64,000 bases of DNA from an uncultured Bacteroidaceae bacterium (GTDB lineage Bacteria; CAIWAD01): contig CAZMSD010000011.1 in the NCBI GenBank assembly GCA_964568855.1, positions 13,512-77,511 of the forward strand. Direction: 5' to 3'. Below, in pieces: positions 59,544-64,000 of this stretch. A program made the translations under genes and the position numbers. Each line of letters opens with the position of its first letter. The first letter of the stretch is position 1. The notes beneath the pieces are model-generated. The model was not told the origin of the DNA and made no database searches. It saw only the letters and a list, made by a program, of their open reading frames with translations.

Positions 59544-62500
59544 ATGGATTCATTGATCTTTGGCATTGTGGTCTTCGCGGCGACCCTCTCATTCGTTCGA
59601 ATCATCGGCAAGATTGGTGAATGGAATCCCGGAGGTGCAGGACAAGGCATACCCGGCGCGAAGAAGACCGACGGCACGTCCAGTATCACGGATATCCTGT
59701 TTCCGCTTCCGGAGCGCCTGGTGGAGCTCTTCAAGGCCAGCGCGCATCCCCAGGATCTGCTGGGCAGCAGGGACTTCACCGCCCTGTCGGACGGACTCAC
59801 CCATCCCGGTATTACGAGCTCCGAATTGTGCAACTACATCAGCGGAGACAATCCCCTGGTGTCATGCATCGTGCTGGAAGCGCTGGGGCGGCGAAAGACC
59901 GAAGACAGCTCGTCCGCTATCATCGATGACCTCGACGAAATCGGCGCCTGGCAGGTCTTCTTCGCCCTGCGGGCCATCCATGCCGTAGCGCTGGAGCCCG
60001 CCATCTGGCGCGTCCTGTTCGCCGCCCGCGAGGAATGGCCCAGTCACACCATCACCAAGCAGAACGTGGCCGAATTCATCGAGGAACGCGTCGCGGCGGG
60101 CGAATCCACCGATCCGGCCCACTGGAAGAACTGGCTCAAACAGCCCCAGGCGGCTATCATCATAGAGCTGCTGAAGGAGCAACAGGGATCCGCCACCCAG
60201 AAGCTGCGCCAGATGCTCACCGGCTGGCTCGAGACGTATACCGACACGAGTTGGTTCCAGGACATCGGCAGACTCTGGGATTCCGATCACCCACCCGAGG
60301 AAGTGATGGTAAACGCCCCTATGCGGATCAGCCTGGAGCTCCTCGAGCAGGCCCTTGACCAGACTCCCCCCAAGTCCCTGGCGGTGGTGGGCGACGCGGG
60401 CACCGGCAAGTCGGCCCTGCTGAGAAGGTTGGCGGAACGGCGGCTGGCCGCGGGGGGCATTGTGTTTCAGGCCGGAGCGACGGACCTGCTGGCCGGCCAG
60501 CGCTACCTGGGCGACCTCGAAAGACGGCTCAAAGAGTTGATCGAACAACTGACCAAGAACAGCAATGTGCTCTGGCTGGTGCCCAACCTGAACGAACTGC
60601 TCAGCGCGGGGCGAGCGAGGAACGATCCGCGCAGCATCCTGGACCGTATTCTACCGCACATCGAGAGCGGGGCCATCCACCTGGTGGGCGAAACCCAGAC
60701 GGAGGCCTGGGAGCATCTGTTGCAGGAAATGCCGCGTCTAAAACGCTTGTTCGAGGTCGTACGCGTCGAGGAGCTGGACAAGGAAGGCACTCTGGAACTG
60801 GCCGGCTGGTGGGCCGACCGTCGTCGCCTGCCGGACGAGTCCACCCTGCTGGAGTCGGACATCCTGGAGGAGGCCTACCAGCTCGCCGAGCAGTATCTCA
60901 ACGATCGCGCCGCGCCGGGCAACCTGATGCATCTGCTCGAGCTCGCCTGCATGCAACAGGGGACGGACCCGCAGCTGCGAAAGCCCATCGAGCGGGAAGA
61001 CCTGCTGCTCACCGTGTCGAAGATGACCGGGCTGCCGGCCAGCATTCTCGACGATCGCCAGGCCCTGGACCTGGAGGACCTGCGTGAGACATTTCACCGG
61101 CGCGTGCTGGGACAGCCCGAGGCAGTGGATTGCCTGGTGGAGCGCGTAGCCCTGATCAAGTCCGGTCTCACGGATCCCACGCGCCCCGCGGGGGTGTTCC
61201 TGTTCGCCGGTCCCACCGGAACCGGCAAGACCGAGATCGCCAAGGTCCTGGCCGAGTTCCTCTTCGGCTCCCCGGACCGCATGATTCGCCTGGACATGAG
61301 CGAGTTCCAGACGCCCGAGGACCTGAATCGTCTGGTCGGGGAGCGTGGTGATACATCGGAGAGCTCCGTCCTGCTGAGCCGTATCCGCAAGCAGCCTTTC
61401 TCGGTGGTGCTGCTCGATGAATTCGAGAAGGCGCACCCGCAGGTCTGGGACCTGTTCCTGCAGGTTTTCGACTACGGCCGCCTGAGCGACCGCCTGGGCA
61501 ACACGGCCGACTTCCGCCACAGCATCATCATCATGACCTCCAACCTCGGCTCGCGTATTCGCCTGGGGTCCAGCATCGGCTTCCGTTCGGATGGGCGGCT
61601 CTTTTCCTCCGCGGTCGTCGAAAAGACCATCGGTGAAACATTCAGCCGGGAGTTCATCAACCGCCTTGACCGGGTAGTGATTTTCCGCCCCCTCAGCCGA
61701 TCCGTCATGCGTTCGATCCTGCGCAAGGAACTGGCGGACGTGCTGCAGCGGCGCGGGCTGCGCCACCGCGAGTGGGCGCTGGAGTGGGAGGAGACGGCGC
61801 TCGAATTCCTTTTGGAACAGGGCTTCACGGGCGACCTGGGGGCTCGACCACTGAAACGCGCAGTGGAGCGATACCTGTTATCCCCTCTGGCCATGACGAT
61901 CGTCGACCACCAGTTTCCGGAGGGCGATCAGTTTCTCTACGTACGAAGGGAAGAAAACGGATTGCGCGTGGAGTTCATCGATCCCGACGCGGATGTATCG
62001 GCGTTTCCAGAGGTGACTGCCGACCTCAGAGCGGAAGCAGCCGACGAACAGGTGCTGAGTCTGCGTTCGCTGGTACTCGAGGCTCGCGGCACACGGCGGG
62101 AAATGGACTTCCTTGTGACGCGCTGGGAGAAACTGATGGAAGAAGTAGAGGGCGCTACCTGGCAGGAACGCAAGGAGGAGGGACTGGCCAGGATGGCCGA
62201 ACCCGAATTCTGGAAGCGGCCCGAGCGCTTTCGCTGGCTGGGAAACGTGGAGTACATGGACCGGATTGAATCGGGCGCGAACTCGGCGGGTGCACTGCTG
62301 GAGCGATTGCGGGGCCAACATCCCGGGCAGCGGGACCAGTTCCCGGCGAACATGTTACAGCGCCTGGCGCAGCGACTCTACCTGCTGGATATGGCGCAAA
62401 CCGGCCTGCTGGATGGACAACCGCACGATGCGATCCTGCAGCTGCGGGCGCAGGGAATCATGCCCCGGACCGGTGAGCCGGAGTGGGAGTTCTACCAGCG

Positions 62501-62921
62501 ACTGATCGGGATGTATGCCGGTTGGGGCAAGAAGAGACGCATGCGCGGCGACATCCTCCTGCGGTCATCAGAAGATGATCACGGAGAATGCATCCTGGTC
62601 TTTTCAGGACTGGGCGCTTACTCCATCCTGGCTCCCGAGACCGGTCTGCACGTGTTCGAGGTACCCAGGCGGGGGGACCGGAGCTTCACGCGTTACAACG
62701 TCCGGGTGCGGGTTGCACCAGTACCCGATGAACATCCGGGCGACCGCCAGGAGGCTCTTGAGGCGGCACGCCGGATCCTGGCAGGGGCCGGAGAAAGCGC
62801 ATCGAGGATTGTGCGCCACTACCGCGAGAATCCTTCACCGCTGGTCCGGGACCACGTGCGGGATTGGCGCAGCGGGCGCCTGGACCGCGTGCTCGAAGGG
62901 GATTTCGACCTGGTCTGCTGA
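59544..62921 (+). CDS. ClpA-type double AAA+ ATPase fused to a GGQ-less RF2-like module; N-terminal hydrophobic segment
   Basis: NBD1 GDAGTGKS with degenerate Walker B; NBD2 [23 protein letters not shown], IGF loop, GARPLKR; C-terminal RF2-like motifs. Confidence 0.9.
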   Translation: [1125 protein letters not shown]

Positions 62922-63014
62922 TATTGGATCTCCGCGAGCTGGAATCACGTTTTCCGTGTATCACGGCCGGTTGGACGCCGTCACCCGATCACGGAGTCAA
63001 CAACAAGGGAAACG

Positions 63015-64000
63015 ATGAAACGGAATCACAATCCTGGCTTGACCATCTGGATTACTGTGTTGCTCTGCACCTCGGCCGTACGAGCCCTCACGCTTGAAGA
63101 GACCGAGCAGATACTCGCCGAAGACCGCTACGCTGAAGCGGCGAAAAAATACGAGGCACTGGTTTCGGAACAGACCCTGGGCGCGGCGGCTCGCGCCCAG
63201 GCCTGGCGCGGCAAGGCCCTGGCGCACCTGGCGCGAATGGAAGACGTGGAAGCCATGCGCTGCCTGGCGCAGGCCGTGCTCGCGCAGCCTGATTACGCGG
63301 GAAACATCGGCCTGCTCAACAGGGTCGAGTGGCTGGTGCTGAACTGCGGACCCTCGCTGGAATGGCCCGCGCTGATGGCGGACCTGCGAGAAGCCGCAAA
63401 GGACTTCCCGGAGCTGATCTGCGAGCTGGATTACCTGCAGATCATCCTCGACAAGTGCAGGGGCGAGTTCGCCCGCGCCGATTCCCTGTCCGCCGTCTTC
63501 TCCCACGTCGACCGCTACCTGGTGGCGGGCCCCTTCCCCAACGTCGCCGGTTCCGGCTTCACGGCGTCGTACGAGCCTGAATGGGAAATCGACACCACGG
63601 CCACCTATCGCGGGAACCGGGGACAGAGCTTCGGCTGGATGAAGGTGAACACCCAGAGCGCCAGCGACGTTGTTCACGACGGACGGGTGGACCTGGACCT
63701 TCTGCTGGACGACGAGGCCTACGCGGCGGTCTATGCCGTGACACACGTACGGAGCGAAGGGGAGAGACCGGCGGTGATCCACGTTTCCGGGGGCGGGTCC
63801 TTCCGGCTGTGGTGCAACGGGGAACTCGCGCTCAGCGAACCCGAGTACCGGGTCGCCGGCGACCCGCTCTACCTGGCGCCGGTGAGGCTCCGCGCGGGCT
63901 GGAACCGCCTGTTGCTGAAGGTCTGCGCGGAAAGGGAGAAGCTCTTCTTCAACCTGCGAATCAGCGACACTACGGGCGCTCCCCTGGCGCTGCAGGTCGA
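63015..64000 (+). CDS. secreted protein with TPR-like helices and beta-sandwich domain, truncated by window edge
   Basis: MKRNHNPGLTIWITVLLC signal; YLVAGPFPN...AVYAVTHV...LWCNG...LRAGWNRLLLKV; open to the end of the window. Confidence 0.75.
   Translation, partial: MKRNHNPGLTIWITVLLCTSAVRALTLEETEQILAEDRYAEAAKKYEALVSEQTLGAAARAQAWRGKALAHLARMEDVEAMRCLAQAVLAQPDYAGNIGLLNRVEWLVLNCGPSLEWPALMADLREAAKDFPELICELDYLQIILDKCRGEFARADSLSAVFSHVDRYLVAGPFPNVAGSGFTASYEPEWEIDTTATYRGNRGQSFGWMKVNTQSASDVVHDGRVDLDLLLDDEAYAAVYAVTHVRSEGERPAVIHVSGGGSFRLWCNGELALSEPEYRVAGDPLYLAPVRLRAGWNRLLLKVCAEREKLFFNLRISDTTGAPLALQV

Overview
This is a 64-kb GC-rich chromosomal segment from a diderm bacterium. PorU/PorV-like genes, a T9SS/FlgD-type C-terminal domain and DUF3098 suggest an FCB-superphylum lineage; this is inference only. 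Core content: the origin cluster (dnaA-dnaN-recF-DUF721-gyrB-gyrA) with DnaA boxes, a selenocysteine-containing selD, tRNA-Val/tRNA-Asp, gpmA, engB, MoxR/DUF58, PBP1A, XPB helicase and an envelope operon (C25 sortase-like protease + PorV). Top finding: an accessory block downstream of gyrA. It holds an RtcB2-type RNA ligase lacking its usual prfH partner. The next gene is a ClpA-type AAA+ ATPase (ClpP-docking IGF loop intact) fused to an RF2-derived module whose GGQ catalytic domain is deleted. A divergent, frameshifted metallophosphoesterase lies upstream. Together these form a candidate ribosome-rescue/RNA-repair system. Other notable items: a 52-bp direct-repeat-flanked gene cassette, a shell-less microcompartment satellite (encapsulation-peptide aldehyde dehydrogenase + degenerate PduL), a GxxExxY relic between inverted CACGAAG repeats, an orphan GlmL operon with a metal-site-degenerate amidohydrolase, and a shared Fn3-like C-terminal domain on two secreted proteins. 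All family assignments come from motif recognition by eye; no database searches were run.
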